This document shows, piece by piece, positions 40,945-50,595 of a DNA stretch of 64,000 nucleotides. The translations under genes and the position numbers were made by a program. Each line of letters begins with the position of its first letter. Position 1 is the stretch's first letter. Source of the stretch: Candidatus Bathyarchaeota archaeon (GTDB taxonomy: Archaea > Thermoproteota > Bathyarchaeia > Bathyarchaeales > Bathycorpusculaceae); assembly GCA_963739305.1 (NCBI GenBank), contig CAVTZU010000013.1, positions 32,001 through 96,000 on the forward strand, in the 5' to 3' direction. The notes beneath the pieces are model-generated. The model made no database searches. It was not told the origin of the DNA and saw only the letters and a program-made list of their open reading frames with translations.

Positions 40945-41088
40945 ATGGGAAGAATCAGCGTGGAACTATCGGATGAGCTTGAAAAGCAGCTCAGGTTCAA
41001 AACTATCGAGAAATTTGGCGGGAGAAAGGGCGACTTATCCAAGGCTGTCGAAGAAGCAGTAAAAACGTGGATTGCCAAAGAAGAATAA
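40945..41088 (+). CDS. Ribbon-helix-helix (CopG/Arc-like) protein, 47 aa (not in ORF track)
   Basis: MGRISVELSDELEKQLRFKTIEKFGGRKGDLSKAVEEAVKTWI. Confidence 0.8.
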   Translation: MGRISVELSDELEKQLRFKTIEKFGGRKGDLSKAVEEAVKTWIAKEE

Positions 41089-41229
41089 CCACGCTTATCC
41101 TTCATTTCCATTAACTTGATTTATAGTTAGCCTTAAGCGAAGAAGGCTCAGGGAAAACCAGCCCCCCAACACTTTCCAGAGAGATTTTTGCGAGGGGGAA
41201 CTAGAGCTGGATACCCTCTTCTGAGGGGG

Positions 41230-41241
41230 TTGCGCGCGCTA
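41230..41241. repeat. Recurrent CG palindrome copy TTGCGCGCGCTA
   Basis: 11/12 match to TAGCGCGCGCTA, intergenic. Confidence 0.7.
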
Positions 41242-41499
41242 AAATCTTGAAACCCAAGAAAGGTTCCATGTTGAAGCAAGAGTCACTCGAACGATCGATC
41301 GACTTCAAGGTTTGTGGGCACAAAATGAAGCCTAAATGATTTTGCAGTCTTCAACATGCTTGTTCGTACTCCTTCTCAGCTCCATAATAAAGCAGATTGG
41401 CCGCTTCTCTCGCAACTCTTTTTCTTGAACTGATAGAATCGACTGTCACGAATGCACCGAAAAACTCTGGGTTAAACGTCGGACCACCACGCGTCAAGC

Positions 41500-42750
41500 C
41501 TAGCGTTTGATGATCTGTTCATAAAGCCCCAGTGTTTTTTCAGCTATCTTATCCCACGTGAACTCGTTCAGGACTCTGCGTCTGCCGTTTTTGCCCAGCC
41601 ACTTTCTTTTCTCATCGTTTTCCAAGACGCTGTTTATGCCCCAAGCTATGTCTGATGGGTTGCTTGGATCTATGTGATAACCGCACTGTTCTTCGCCGTA
41701 ATACACGACTATCTCCCGCATACCGCTGATGCCAGCAGCACCGATGACAACTGGTCGCCCCATACTCATTGCCTCGAGAACCACTATTCCGAAGGGTTCA
41801 TAGAAGCTTGGGAAAACTGCGACATCGCAGGCTGCATAGTGAAGGATTCGTTCTTCCTCAGGTATGAATTCAAACCTGAGCTTCACGTAGTCACTCATTT
41901 TCGTAACCTTGACCAAATTCATCAGGTATTCCTGCAACTCGCCTAGACCCACAATCACAAGCTTCGCCTTTGGATTTTTCTCCAGAATGTGGGGCAATGC
42001 CATGATAAGCTTGTCAACGCCTTTGACACCAGCGAGTCTGCCTATGAAAAGAATCATGTACTCATCGTCTTTGATATCATACATCGCTCTCACTTTCTTG
42101 ATCTGCTCAGGAGTCACTTTTGCTGGATCATATTTCTTCGGGTCGACCCCGTTGTAGGCAACTTGGATTTTCTCTTTCGGAAATCCGAGGCCTACGAGCT
42201 CATCTTTCATTGCATAGGAAACTGTCACAATAAGGTCAGCTGCCTTGGCGCCGTGGAGTTCAATGTTGCTCACTGTAACTGAGCCTTTTCCAAACGTTCT
42301 TCCTTTCTCTGTTGAGTGAACATGGAACGCAAAAGGCAATCCTGCCTCTTTCTTGGCAGTCATTCCCCCTATAGCTGAAAGCCAGTCATGAGCAACGATA
42401 AGGTCGAACTTGGTGCCTTCTTTTCTTATCAACTCATTAACGAGTTTTGCAGCGCTAAGATAATTGTACACGAGGATTTTTGAGAACCACTGTATCCCAC
42501 TACCCCATTTCTTCAAGTCTTCTCCAACTACATCGGGCAACGAGTCAGAAATGTCAATGTGTTTGGGCCGATGAATTTCGATACCTCGCCAAATCTCACG
42601 CGTCGGTAGGCCACTTGCATCATCATTCATGGTGAAAACTGTAACGTCATTGTCCATGAGAACAAACTGGCGAGTTATTTCAGCCGAGTAGGTTCCCAAG
42701 CCACCGACGATCCTTGGGGGATATTCGCAGACCAGAACAGCAAGCTTCAT
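41500..42750 (-). CDS. Glycosyltransferase family 4 (glycogen synthase-like)
   Basis: EYPP.IVGGLG, AHDW, HSTE.GR, GRL..VKG, PSFYEPFGIVVLEAM. Confidence 0.92.
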   Translation of the reverse strand: MKLAVLVCEYPPRIVGGLGTYSAEITRQFVLMDNDVTVFTMNDDASGLPTREIWRGIEIHRPKHIDISDSLPDVVGEDLKKWGSGIQWFSKILVYNYLSAAKLVNELIRKEGTKFDLIVAHDWLSAIGGMTAKKEAGLPFAFHVHSTEKGRTFGKGSVTVSNIELHGAKAADLIVTVSYAMKDELVGLGFPKEKIQVAYNGVDPKKYDPAKVTPEQIKKVRAMYDIKDDEYMILFIGRLAGVKGVDKLIMALPHILEKNPKAKLVIVGLGELQEYLMNLVKVTKMSDYVKLRFEFIPEEERILHYAACDVAVFPSFYEPFGIVVLEAMSMGRPVVIGAAGISGMREIVVYYGEEQCGYHIDPSNPSDIAWGINSVLENDEKRKWLGKNGRRRVLNEFTWDKIAEKTLGLYEQIIKR

Positions 42751-42819
42751 TGGTTTTCATCGTTGCCCGTTTCTTAATAGTCTCTCGCTATAATTGCGCG
42801 TGTGTTTCTTAAGGTTCTC

Positions 42820-43107
42820 CTACTCTTTTGCAAGGGTTATTTCTATTGTTGAAACCATCCGTGTTCTGTTTTCGCCTTCTCTTGCTGGCATCTCCTCTGT
42901 TCCTATGGCGATTCTGCTTACTTTTAGGTCTTTTAGGAAGCGATTTCTGGTTATTTCAGCCACATCAACAGCTGTACTGATCGCTTGTCCTCTTGCTTTT
43001 AGAACTACTTCCTTAGCATTGCCAGCCGATAGCCTTGTCATAACTGCTAGAACATAGTCCATTGGTGTTTTACTTCCAATGAAAACAATTCCCGATTTTT
43101 CCGACAT
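42820..43107 (-). CDS. albA: DNA/RNA-binding protein Alba
   Basis: [41 protein letters not shown]. Confidence 0.95.
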   Translation of the reverse strand: MSEKSGIVFIGSKTPMDYVLAVMTRLSAGNAKEVVLKARGQAISTAVDVAEITRNRFLKDLKVSRIAIGTEEMPAREGENRTRMVSTIEITLAKE

Positions 43108-43364
43108 TTCCATCAATCCTTTCATCATTAATTGTAGCGTGCAACGTTGTTGTGTTCTTCCGGTCTCTCAACAACAGAACGCTGTTGCACTCATACTACG
43201 CATACTTCCTTATAAAGCGAAAAGACAGCAGAGTAGCCTGAGGATATTTTCACAGCTCCCAAATCCTAGATTCCGGTCTTAGACGAAGCATTTCACTTCG
43301 CATTTAGGTGAAGGTTATAATTCTTGTTTGTTGTTACTATTTGGTTCTGGGAAGGAAGATTTAT

Positions 43365-43517
43365 TTGAAACGATCTAGGAAAAAGCAGGCGAAAAAGGAA
43401 CGATTTTTGAAAAGAATGAAAAGTCGCGCAAAATGGAAACATGGAAGGAGTAACGTTGAGAAAGTGAGGAGACTGGAAATAGCACGCGCATTAGCCAGAG
43501 CGCGCGCAAAAAGTTAA
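43365..43517 (+). CDS. Small highly basic protein (50 aa)
   Basis: TTG start; KRSRKKQAKKERFLKRMKSRAKWKHGR... Confidence 0.5.
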   Translation: MKRSRKKQAKKERFLKRMKSRAKWKHGRSNVEKVRRLEIARALARARAKS

Positions 43518-43552
43518 TTCCCTATTCTGACTATCTGAGTGTGGTGATCGCG

Positions 43553-43645
43553 TTGAGCACTGGAGCCAATAAGAAGAAACCAATGACTAAAAAGGAAAGA
43601 GAAGAGAAAAGAAGAAAGCACAAGGAAAAACGCTTGAAGAAGTAG
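43553..43645 (+). CDS. Small highly basic peptide (30 aa)
   Basis: GGTGA + TTG; STGANKKKPMTKKEREEKRRKHKEKRLKK. Confidence 0.5.
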   Translation: MSTGANKKKPMTKKEREEKRRKHKEKRLKK

Positions 43646-43715
43646 TCTCAATCGTTACGCATTATTCATTCTCCGCGTGCTAACACTTTTATTTAGGCAC
43701 CCTTCAGTCTTGGAT

Positions 43716-43789
43716 GGGTTTCCAGGTTCAATCCAACAAATGCAACTGGTGCCTGTCAGTTTGCTACAGGGTTGAATCGTTGGAAACCC
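43716..43789 (+). ncRNA. Candidate small hairpin ncRNA
   Basis: Nested stems GGGTTTCCA/TGGAAACCC, TTCAATCC/GGGTTGAA, GCAA-CTG/CAG-TTTGC; TATA-like upstream, pyrimidine tract downstream. Confidence 0.45.
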
Positions 43790-44081
43790 TCTCTTTCCCT
43801 TTGAGGAAACGTGCGCGCGAATAATTATTAAGCACTATGGACAATAAAACATTCTACAAGATCGTCGGAATAGTGAAATAAGAAAACAAAGAAGACTGAA
43901 AAATGACTTATAATCGAAGTAATCGAAAAAGTCGTAAGATTCATCGTAGGCACTCTAAGAAAAGGTGAATAGATTTGAGACAAAGCAAAAGAGTGGTTAG
44001 AGCATTTCTCTTTCACGTTGAGAATTCATGAAAGAGTGCCGGTAGCGTTGAACATATATTTTGGGACATCGATGTCTAGAA

Positions 44082-44093
44082 TAGCGCGCGCTA
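44082..44093. repeat. Perfect copy of recurrent palindrome TAGCGCGCGCTA
   Basis: Exact 12-bp palindrome, intergenic. Confidence 0.8.
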
Positions 44094-44220
44094 CGCGCAA
44101 ATGGACTTTCTACGGAAAACTAGTTATCAAGGCTGTATAGACTTTTCAGATTTGCCAAGCGTTGCGTGCGCTAGAGCGTATGAAGCATTTAATTAACGCT
44201 ATCTTCGTAATGATTCTATC

Positions 44221-45105
44221 ATGGAAAAACATGCGCGCGCATTGTTGTATCTATTTTGGCTTGAGCTAAAGAGAAGCATATTTGGAGTGAAGTATTTTGC
44301 AGAGGTTGATGTAACGGACAACTGTAATCTCAGATGCAAACATTGCTACCATTTTCACGGTAAAAACGAATTTAACAAACAAGAGCTTTCCACAGACGTA
44401 TGGGAACAAAGGTTCAAAGAACTGTACAAGTCCGGAATTAGACACATTCTTCTGGTTGGTGGGGAGCCTGCGCTCAGGATTGATGTTCTCATGCTTGCCG
44501 ACAGAATATTCCCTTTTGTCTATGTCATAACAAACGGAACAATAAAGATACCAGAAGAATTCAATCATAGGCTCTATGCTTCAATAGATGGGTCTCAAAA
44601 AATGAATGATTCACTCAGAGGAGACCGTGTTTTCTCAAAAGTGATGAAAAACTTTTCAGGGGATAAGCGTGTTGTTGTCAATATGACAATCACGAGTGAT
44701 AATTACAAAGAGCTTGAGGAAGTTATAGAAATTGCAAAAGAGAATGGTTTCAAGGGTGTCGTTTGTAACATATGCACAGGTGGAACGGACGTCACTGTTC
44801 CTCTGGTTGTGGGCGAAAAAGAGAGAAAAACTATAGTGAAAGAACTGAAACGAGTGAAGAAACTATACCCAAAAGATTTTCTTTTGACCAAAGCTATGAT
44901 AAAATGGTATGAATACCCCGACCATACTGGTCAATGCTTCTGGGGCGATGAAGTGTTACATTTCGACACTTCATGGAACAGAAGGAGGTGTTTTGGAAAC
45001 AATGCGGACTGCTCCAATTGTGGGTGTCTAGCGGGGACCTTTCAAAATCCTTTGAAAATGCTGAGGCATCCAAGAGAGATGATGAAAATAGGTATTTGTT
45101 CATAA
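44221..45105 (+). CDS. Radical SAM protein with C-terminal auxiliary Cys cluster
   Basis: CNLRCKHC, GGEP, TNG, SIDG; C-terminal C..C..CSNCGC. Confidence 0.9.
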   Translation: MEKHARALLYLFWLELKRSIFGVKYFAEVDVTDNCNLRCKHCYHFHGKNEFNKQELSTDVWEQRFKELYKSGIRHILLVGGEPALRIDVLMLADRIFPFVYVITNGTIKIPEEFNHRLYASIDGSQKMNDSLRGDRVFSKVMKNFSGDKRVVVNMTITSDNYKELEEVIEIAKENGFKGVVCNICTGGTDVTVPLVVGEKERKTIVKELKRVKKLYPKDFLLTKAMIKWYEYPDHTGQCFWGDEVLHFDTSWNRRRCFGNNADCSNCGCLAGTFQNPLKMLRHPREMMKIGICS

Positions 45106-45201
45106 GCGAAGCGCATGGCGCACACTCAAGCATTCTTTTGCTCCATTAACAACTTTGCTTTAGCGGCAGTATCGAAACGTCCTCACGTTGGTTGGTCGGA
45201 G

Positions 45202-45290
45202 TAAAGTTTTATCCCCTGGCTGAATTTGCACAAGTCAGCTGTCCTTTGAAAAATCCTTATTATAAATTTATATGAGAAAAAATGAAAAGA
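45202..45290 (+). repeat. Dispersed 90-bp repeat, copy 2
   Basis: Aligns with 34865-34955. Confidence 0.85.
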
Positions 45291-45395
45291 AAAATTGCCC
45301 TGCACTTAGCGCGCGCGTAACGTAAAGATTAATTTGCAGTTGCGGTTACGATTTCTGTGCAGGAATAGACTTATTAGCCAGGCTAAAGCCAAAAT

Positions 45396-47141
45396 TTGAT
45401 TAGGAGTGTAAGATTTTTGGATGGATCAAAGAAAAACAGAACTATCACCATCATCGCTGTAGCGGCGCTCATTCTTGTCTTCAGCTTCCCAGGATTCGCG
45501 TCAACAGTAAAAGCAGCGGGACCAGAAAATGGCTGGAGAGCGCGGCTGCTCTTCCATGGCCGTCCAGCATCGCTTAGAGGACTAGACCCGCTTTCTCCAA
45601 GTCAAATCATAGGCGCCTACAATCTTAATTCCGCAACAGGCGGCGCTGGAACGACGATAGCCATCGTCGACGCCTACGATGACCCGACCATCGCAAACGA
45701 CTTAGCTACGTTCAGCAGCTACTTCGGTCTGCCAGCAGCGACTTTTGTGAAGCACATGATGGCAGCCTCCATCAGTGTGAACAGCGGCTGGGCACTCGAG
45801 ATATCGCTGGACGTTGAATGGGCTCACGCCATAGCCCCGCAAGCAACGATACTGCTCGTAGAGGCCAAGTCAAACAGCCTTACGGATCTTCTTGCCGCCG
45901 TAAGCTACGCCACAAGCTACGCGGGCGTCAAGGCAGTCTCGATGAGCTGGGGAGGAACCGAATTCTACACAGAAGCATACTATGACTCATACTTCGCCAA
46001 GCCGGGCATCGTCTTCTTCGCGTCCAGCGGGGACAACGGAGCGGGCGTGATATGGCCTTCGAGCTCGCCGAACGTGGTTGGCGTCGGCGGGACAACCCTC
46101 AACCTTGACTCAAGCGGAGCGGTGACTTCGGAGACGGCGTGGAGCGGAAGCGGAGGAGGCGTGAGCGCATTCGAGGCCAAGCCAACGTATCAAACAAACT
46201 ACGGCATCACAACATTCAGACGTGCCGTTCCAGATGTCTCCTACGACGCAGATCCAAACACGGGCGTTCTGGTCTATGACAGCACGTCATACCAGGGTTC
46301 GTCGGGCTGGTGGGTGGTAGGTGGCACGAGCGCAGGAGCCCCACAGTGGGCAGCAATCCAAACTCTTGGGTTTTCAGCGAATAACAACAACTTCTATCAA
46401 GACGCGGCATCCTCAGCTTATGCTTCGTACTTCAGAGACGTTACAATCGGGTCAAATGGACACGCAGCAGGCTTAGGTTATGACTTGGTGACAGGCCTAG
46501 GCAGCCCAGTCACCACCAGCTTTGCTGCGTCGGTTACGTCGGACTTTTCGCTGTCAGCGTCACCTGCCACGTTGACTATCGGAAGCGGTTCCCTGGGAAC
46601 CTCGATTATAACAGTAACAGCCGTCAATGACTTCACAGGTACAGTGACTCTTTCAACGACTGCTCCGACCGGTTGGACGGCCGATCTCAGCCAAAACCTA
46701 ATTTCAACGTCGGGTCAATCAACACTGAACATAACTGTGCCAAGCAGCGCCAGCAGTGGAACATACTCGGTCACAGTGACGGGCACAAGCGGATCGTTAA
46801 GCCACACAATAAGCTTGACAGTGCAAGTCACCTCTTCAGACTTCTCGATCTCTGCGTCACCAGGATCATTGATGATCAGAAGCGGGTCCCACGGAATCTC
46901 AACGATAACAATAACAGCTCTGAACGGCTTCACGGGCACAGTCACGTTATCAGGAAGTGCTCCAACGGGGTTAGCCGCCAGCCTTAACCCAGTGTCTATT
47001 TCAACCTCAGGAAAATCCACACTGACAATAACAGTACAAAGCAACACCAGAGGCGGAACATACACTGTCACTGTAACAGGCATAAGTGGCTACCTAAGCC
47101 ACACCGTGAGCGTAAGAGTAACGGTCCTCGGACACCGCTAA
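45396..47141 (+). CDS. Secreted S53 (sedolisin/kumamolisin) peptidase with two C-terminal Ig-like repeats
   Basis: EISLDVE, ASSGD.G, VGGT.L, R.VPDVS, GGTSAGAP, GYDLVTGLGSP; two DFS.SASP repeats. Confidence 0.92.
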   Translation: MIRSVRFLDGSKKNRTITIIAVAALILVFSFPGFASTVKAAGPENGWRARLLFHGRPASLRGLDPLSPSQIIGAYNLNSATGGAGTTIAIVDAYDDPTIANDLATFSSYFGLPAATFVKHMMAASISVNSGWALEISLDVEWAHAIAPQATILLVEAKSNSLTDLLAAVSYATSYAGVKAVSMSWGGTEFYTEAYYDSYFAKPGIVFFASSGDNGAGVIWPSSSPNVVGVGGTTLNLDSSGAVTSETAWSGSGGGVSAFEAKPTYQTNYGITTFRRAVPDVSYDADPNTGVLVYDSTSYQGSSGWWVVGGTSAGAPQWAAIQTLGFSANNNNFYQDAASSAYASYFRDVTIGSNGHAAGLGYDLVTGLGSPVTTSFAASVTSDFSLSASPATLTIGSGSLGTSIITVTAVNDFTGTVTLSTTAPTGWTADLSQNLISTSGQSTLNITVPSSASSGTYSVTVTGTSGSLSHTISLTVQVTSSDFSISASPGSLMIRSGSHGISTITITALNGFTGTVTLSGSAPTGLAASLNPVSISTSGKSTLTITVQSNTRGGTYTVTVTGISGYLSHTVSVRVTVLGHR

Positions 47142-47250
47142 ACACCAAGACGCCCTCCCTCCTTTTTTTGTTTGGGCGAAAGAAAGTCTATTGGTTTCAT
47201 ACGCGTGCTATTCACGTCCCCGTGTAAACGCTTCCTGCTAATCGTATGCA

Positions 47251-49710
47251 TTATTCTGTCTCTAGCTGTTTGTTCACGCCAGGGAAAGGTCCCGTGACGT
47301 TCACCAATGTTTCCTCATCACGTTCTTCAGCCTTTGTTTTTAACGGGAGCGATATCACAAACTCAGATCCTCGTCCCGGCGTGCTTTTCACCGAAATCTT
47401 GCCGCCGTGGCCTTCTTCGATGAAGCGTTTGCATATCGGTAGGCCAAACCCCATTCCTTTCGCTTTTGTGGTAAACAACGGGGACCAAAGCTTGTTAAGC
47501 ACGTCGTTGGTCATACCAGTGCCCGTGTCGGAGAAGGAGATTTCGACGTTTTCACCTTTCAAACTGCTCCTTATTGTTAACGTGCCGCCTTCAGGCATCG
47601 CGTCCACGGCATTCTTAATCAGGTTAACGAAGACTCTTTTTAGCTTGTCAACGTCAACCCTCAATTTCGGTTCGCTTTCAGTCAGGTCCACGACCCGAAC
47701 GCTTCTTGGGACTTCTGCAGCCGCCAAGGATTCCTTCGTTATCACTTTCGGGTTAACGACGTTTAGTTCCAGCCTGATTTCTCTCGAGTATTCCAACAAG
47801 TCGTTAATGATCTTGTTCGAATGTTGAACTGCCTTTTCAACAGTGTCTAACATTTCATTAGCCTTGCCATCCAATCGTTGACCGTACTTCGTCTTCAGGT
47901 AGTACGATGCACCTGCAATGCCAGTCAACGGGTTACGCAGGTCGTGGCCAATCATCGCTGCCAACTCGCCAATTGCAGCCAACCTTTCCGCCTTCAGCAA
48001 GTTGCCCTGAGCTTCTTTTAGCTCTCGCGTTCGATCCGCAACCTTCAATTCAAGCTTGTTTGCGTAATCTTGCACCTGAACATTGGCATCGTGCAACTGA
48101 TAAATCAACTGGGCGTTTTCAATCGCTACCGCTGCCAGATGCAAGAAAAGTTCCAAGGGCGCCAGAGACTCCTTCGTGGGCCGTTTGCCGTCGAGCGGGT
48201 CGTCCACGCTCAACCGACCCACGATGCGTCCGTCTGCTAACCGAAGCGGGGCATACAACATGTCATTTGGGTTCCAATCAATCATATCTTCAGGCTTAAG
48301 ATGACTATCGACAATGCCATCAAGGCTTGTTTCCCTGACCCAAGGATCACTCCAAGGAAGATAGTAGAACTGACCTATTCTGAAGCGTTCATACTCAAGC
48401 CCGAACTGTTCTTGAACCACTCTACCTGGCGGCCTCTTATCCCACAGATGCGTTATCTCCTCGTCAGTTAACCCCACGGTCACCAAGTCATCTGGGCTTG
48501 CCATTTCCATGTTCTTGTCTCTAACAGAAATAACTACTCTGCGCCAACCTTGACTGTTGATAGCGTCAGCAATTGCATGCAGCCGTTCATGCACATCCAT
48601 AGAGCGTATCATTTCTGCTGCACTCTTCATAAGAGAAGCCTGCTGACCAATTCGTTTCCGAACCTCCTCATGAGCTTCCTTTCGCTCAGTGACATCCCGC
48701 AAGACAACGACGCGACAAGTCACATGACCACGCCAGTCGATGATAGGGGAAATACACACGTCAAAGGCTCGGATTTCATCTCCATTGCTTAGAACAAATT
48801 CCCGGCTTGTTGCAGTCGCCTCGACCTGATCTTCTTCCTGAACAGGGAAACCTTGAAATGCGTTATTTAAAAGACATCCGACAATCTGCGATCTGGAAAG
48901 GCTGGTCAATCTTTGCGCGGCAGGATTCAAATCAACGATGTGATTTGACCCGTCCAACACGATCAGAGCGTCAACCATGCTCTCCATGAGGCTTCCCCGC
49001 GCAACTGAAATTATGTCTCTAAGATGCAAACGAGTAGGATTGACTATTGCCAGTGCTGCGGTGGAAAGACAAGTAGCCAAAGCGGTCGGGTCAAATGCAA
49101 AATTCTTTGCAGAGGTCGAATCAAATATCAAGGCTATCATCCATGGAAAGGCCGCAGTCAATAACAGAGCAATTGCCTGACGATTATACGGACGGCGGGA
49201 GCGAATAAGCATCTCAACAGAAAAAAGAGAGGTGGCAAAGAGCACGGTATAGATGTATCCCAAGAAGAGAATGTATCCAGGAGCAAACGTCTCGTTTAAT
49301 GGGAAGAACGGGTTCAACGTGTTTAACGTGACTTGGCTGAAGAAAAGACCGGTCGCCTCGTTAGTCGCGACGAGAGCATAAAAAACAAGAGACACAACGC
49401 TTAGCAATGCGATGCTTCTACGAGTGACCCATTTCTCTCGATCGGTCTGCTGAAAAGCGTACACTGCCCACGCAACCGGGATGGTGACTATTCCAGTGTA
49501 CTTGACCTCTTCAAAAAAGAACTTCGTTGCGACATCGCTGCTTGCCGTATCCAATGCTTCACCTAACGTCCATATAATACCCGCCAAAACAAGCAAAGCA
49601 ATCGCCTTGGATCCCTTCCCCCCTCTACGCCAGACCCAAACATCAACAATTGATGAAAAAGCTGCTGCACCAATCAATAGGATCACGTGAGGAGCGAAAA
49701 CAAACGTCAA
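47251..49710 (-). CDS. Sensor histidine kinase (7TM N-terminus, PAS, GAF-like, HisKA, HATPase)
   Basis: GHDLRNPL, NLIKNAVDAM, DTGTGM, FTTKAKGMGFGL. Confidence 0.93.
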   Translation of the reverse strand: MTFVFAPHVILLIGAAAFSSIVDVWVWRRGGKGSKAIALLVLAGIIWTLGEALDTASSDVATKFFFEEVKYTGIVTIPVAWAVYAFQQTDREKWVTRRSIALLSVVSLVFYALVATNEATGLFFSQVTLNTLNPFFPLNETFAPGYILFLGYIYTVLFATSLFSVEMLIRSRRPYNRQAIALLLTAAFPWMIALIFDSTSAKNFAFDPTALATCLSTAALAIVNPTRLHLRDIISVARGSLMESMVDALIVLDGSNHIVDLNPAAQRLTSLSRSQIVGCLLNNAFQGFPVQEEDQVEATATSREFVLSNGDEIRAFDVCISPIIDWRGHVTCRVVVLRDVTERKEAHEEVRKRIGQQASLMKSAAEMIRSMDVHERLHAIADAINSQGWRRVVISVRDKNMEMASPDDLVTVGLTDEEITHLWDKRPPGRVVQEQFGLEYERFRIGQFYYLPWSDPWVRETSLDGIVDSHLKPEDMIDWNPNDMLYAPLRLADGRIVGRLSVDDPLDGKRPTKESLAPLELFLHLAAVAIENAQLIYQLHDANVQVQDYANKLELKVADRTRELKEAQGNLLKAERLAAIGELAAMIGHDLRNPLTGIAGASYYLKTKYGQRLDGKANEMLDTVEKAVQHSNKIINDLLEYSREIRLELNVVNPKVITKESLAAAEVPRSVRVVDLTESEPKLRVDVDKLKRVFVNLIKNAVDAMPEGGTLTIRSSLKGENVEISFSDTGTGMTNDVLNKLWSPLFTTKAKGMGFGLPICKRFIEEGHGGKISVKSTPGRGSEFVISLPLKTKAEERDEETLVNVTGPFPGVNKQLETE

Positions 49711-50062
49711 ACCCTGCTCACTGCTCCTTCACTGTTAACCAACGATCACGAACCTGATCGAAAACCGGGCAGCAAGCCTCACCGAGCCACTCTGAGGAAT
49801 GCTTTTCAGAAGTGCACTCTGGCCACTTGTATCTTATCACGAGATTATTACCCACCAACTTCTCTTGGAGTCTTTGAGGACAATTCCAACGTGAAATGTT
49901 CCGTTTGAAAATGCCGCGAACTAACTATAGACTTTATGAATCGCTAGTACGAATCAAGAATCGGCAACAAACCGATCATACGCTTTCTAAATGCACTTGT
50001 CTATGAAAATAGGGGCTGCATAGATTTTTTCAATGTCAAACATCAAGTCGAATGTCCATGCG

Positions 50063-50476
50063 CTACGTGGTTGATTCATAAGCGAGGCGACACAATCTGT
50101 CCGCTTCTTCGTTTTCTTCGCGAGGAACCCATCTAAAATCAATATCCAACCCCTTTATCAACTCCTTGGCTTTCGCATGCAAAGGCACTATCCGCGTGCC
50201 CTTCACCTTCCATTCGCCTCTCATCTGGCTCACAAGAAGCTTCGAATCAGACCGAAAGACTGCTTTCTCTTTATCTAACCCCAATTTTCTGACCGCCTGT
50301 AGGGCGTGAATGAGGGCAGAGTACTCGGCAACATTGTTCGTCATTTCTTTGCTCGTATCTAAAACGTCAGCGCCTTTTTCAACTACCTTACCATTTTTCT
50401 TTATCAAGTATGCAGCGCAACCGGTTCCTCCGGGGTTGATGGGCTCGCATAGACCGTCTGTCCAAACCTCTATCAT
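50063..50476 (-). CDS. rnhA: Ribonuclease HI
   Basis: WTDG...NPG, TNNVAEY.AL, SDSKLLVSQM.G.W, WVPREENEEAD.L. Confidence 0.93.
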   Translation of the reverse strand: MIEVWTDGLCEPINPGGTGCAAYLIKKNGKVVEKGADVLDTSKEMTNNVAEYSALIHALQAVRKLGLDKEKAVFRSDSKLLVSQMRGEWKVKGTRIVPLHAKAKELIKGLDIDFRWVPREENEEADRLCRLAYESTT

Positions 50477-50595
50477 AAGTCAAAGCCGAATTCGAAAAAT
50501 TCATCTAGTGCTATAAAGATTCCGCAGCCTTATTAGAAATAGAATGGCGCTTCATTCAAGTTCTTGAGAAGCACTTGACCCTTTGCCCATAATTC

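Noticed and set aside
41150-41230. Possible structured RNA (CCAGC/GCTGG, CCCCC/GGGGG)
   Set aside because: Pairing is short and ambiguous by eye; not enough to call.
44221-45105. Radical SAM gene as the modifying enzyme of the repeat peptide
   Set aside because: 12 kb away, separated by unrelated genes, no RRE visible; no support from this window.
33016-47300. Intact provirus or integrated plasmid at tRNA-Val
   Set aside because: No attR copy, intact integrase, replication or capsid gene seen; core genes (thermosome, alba) are interleaved.
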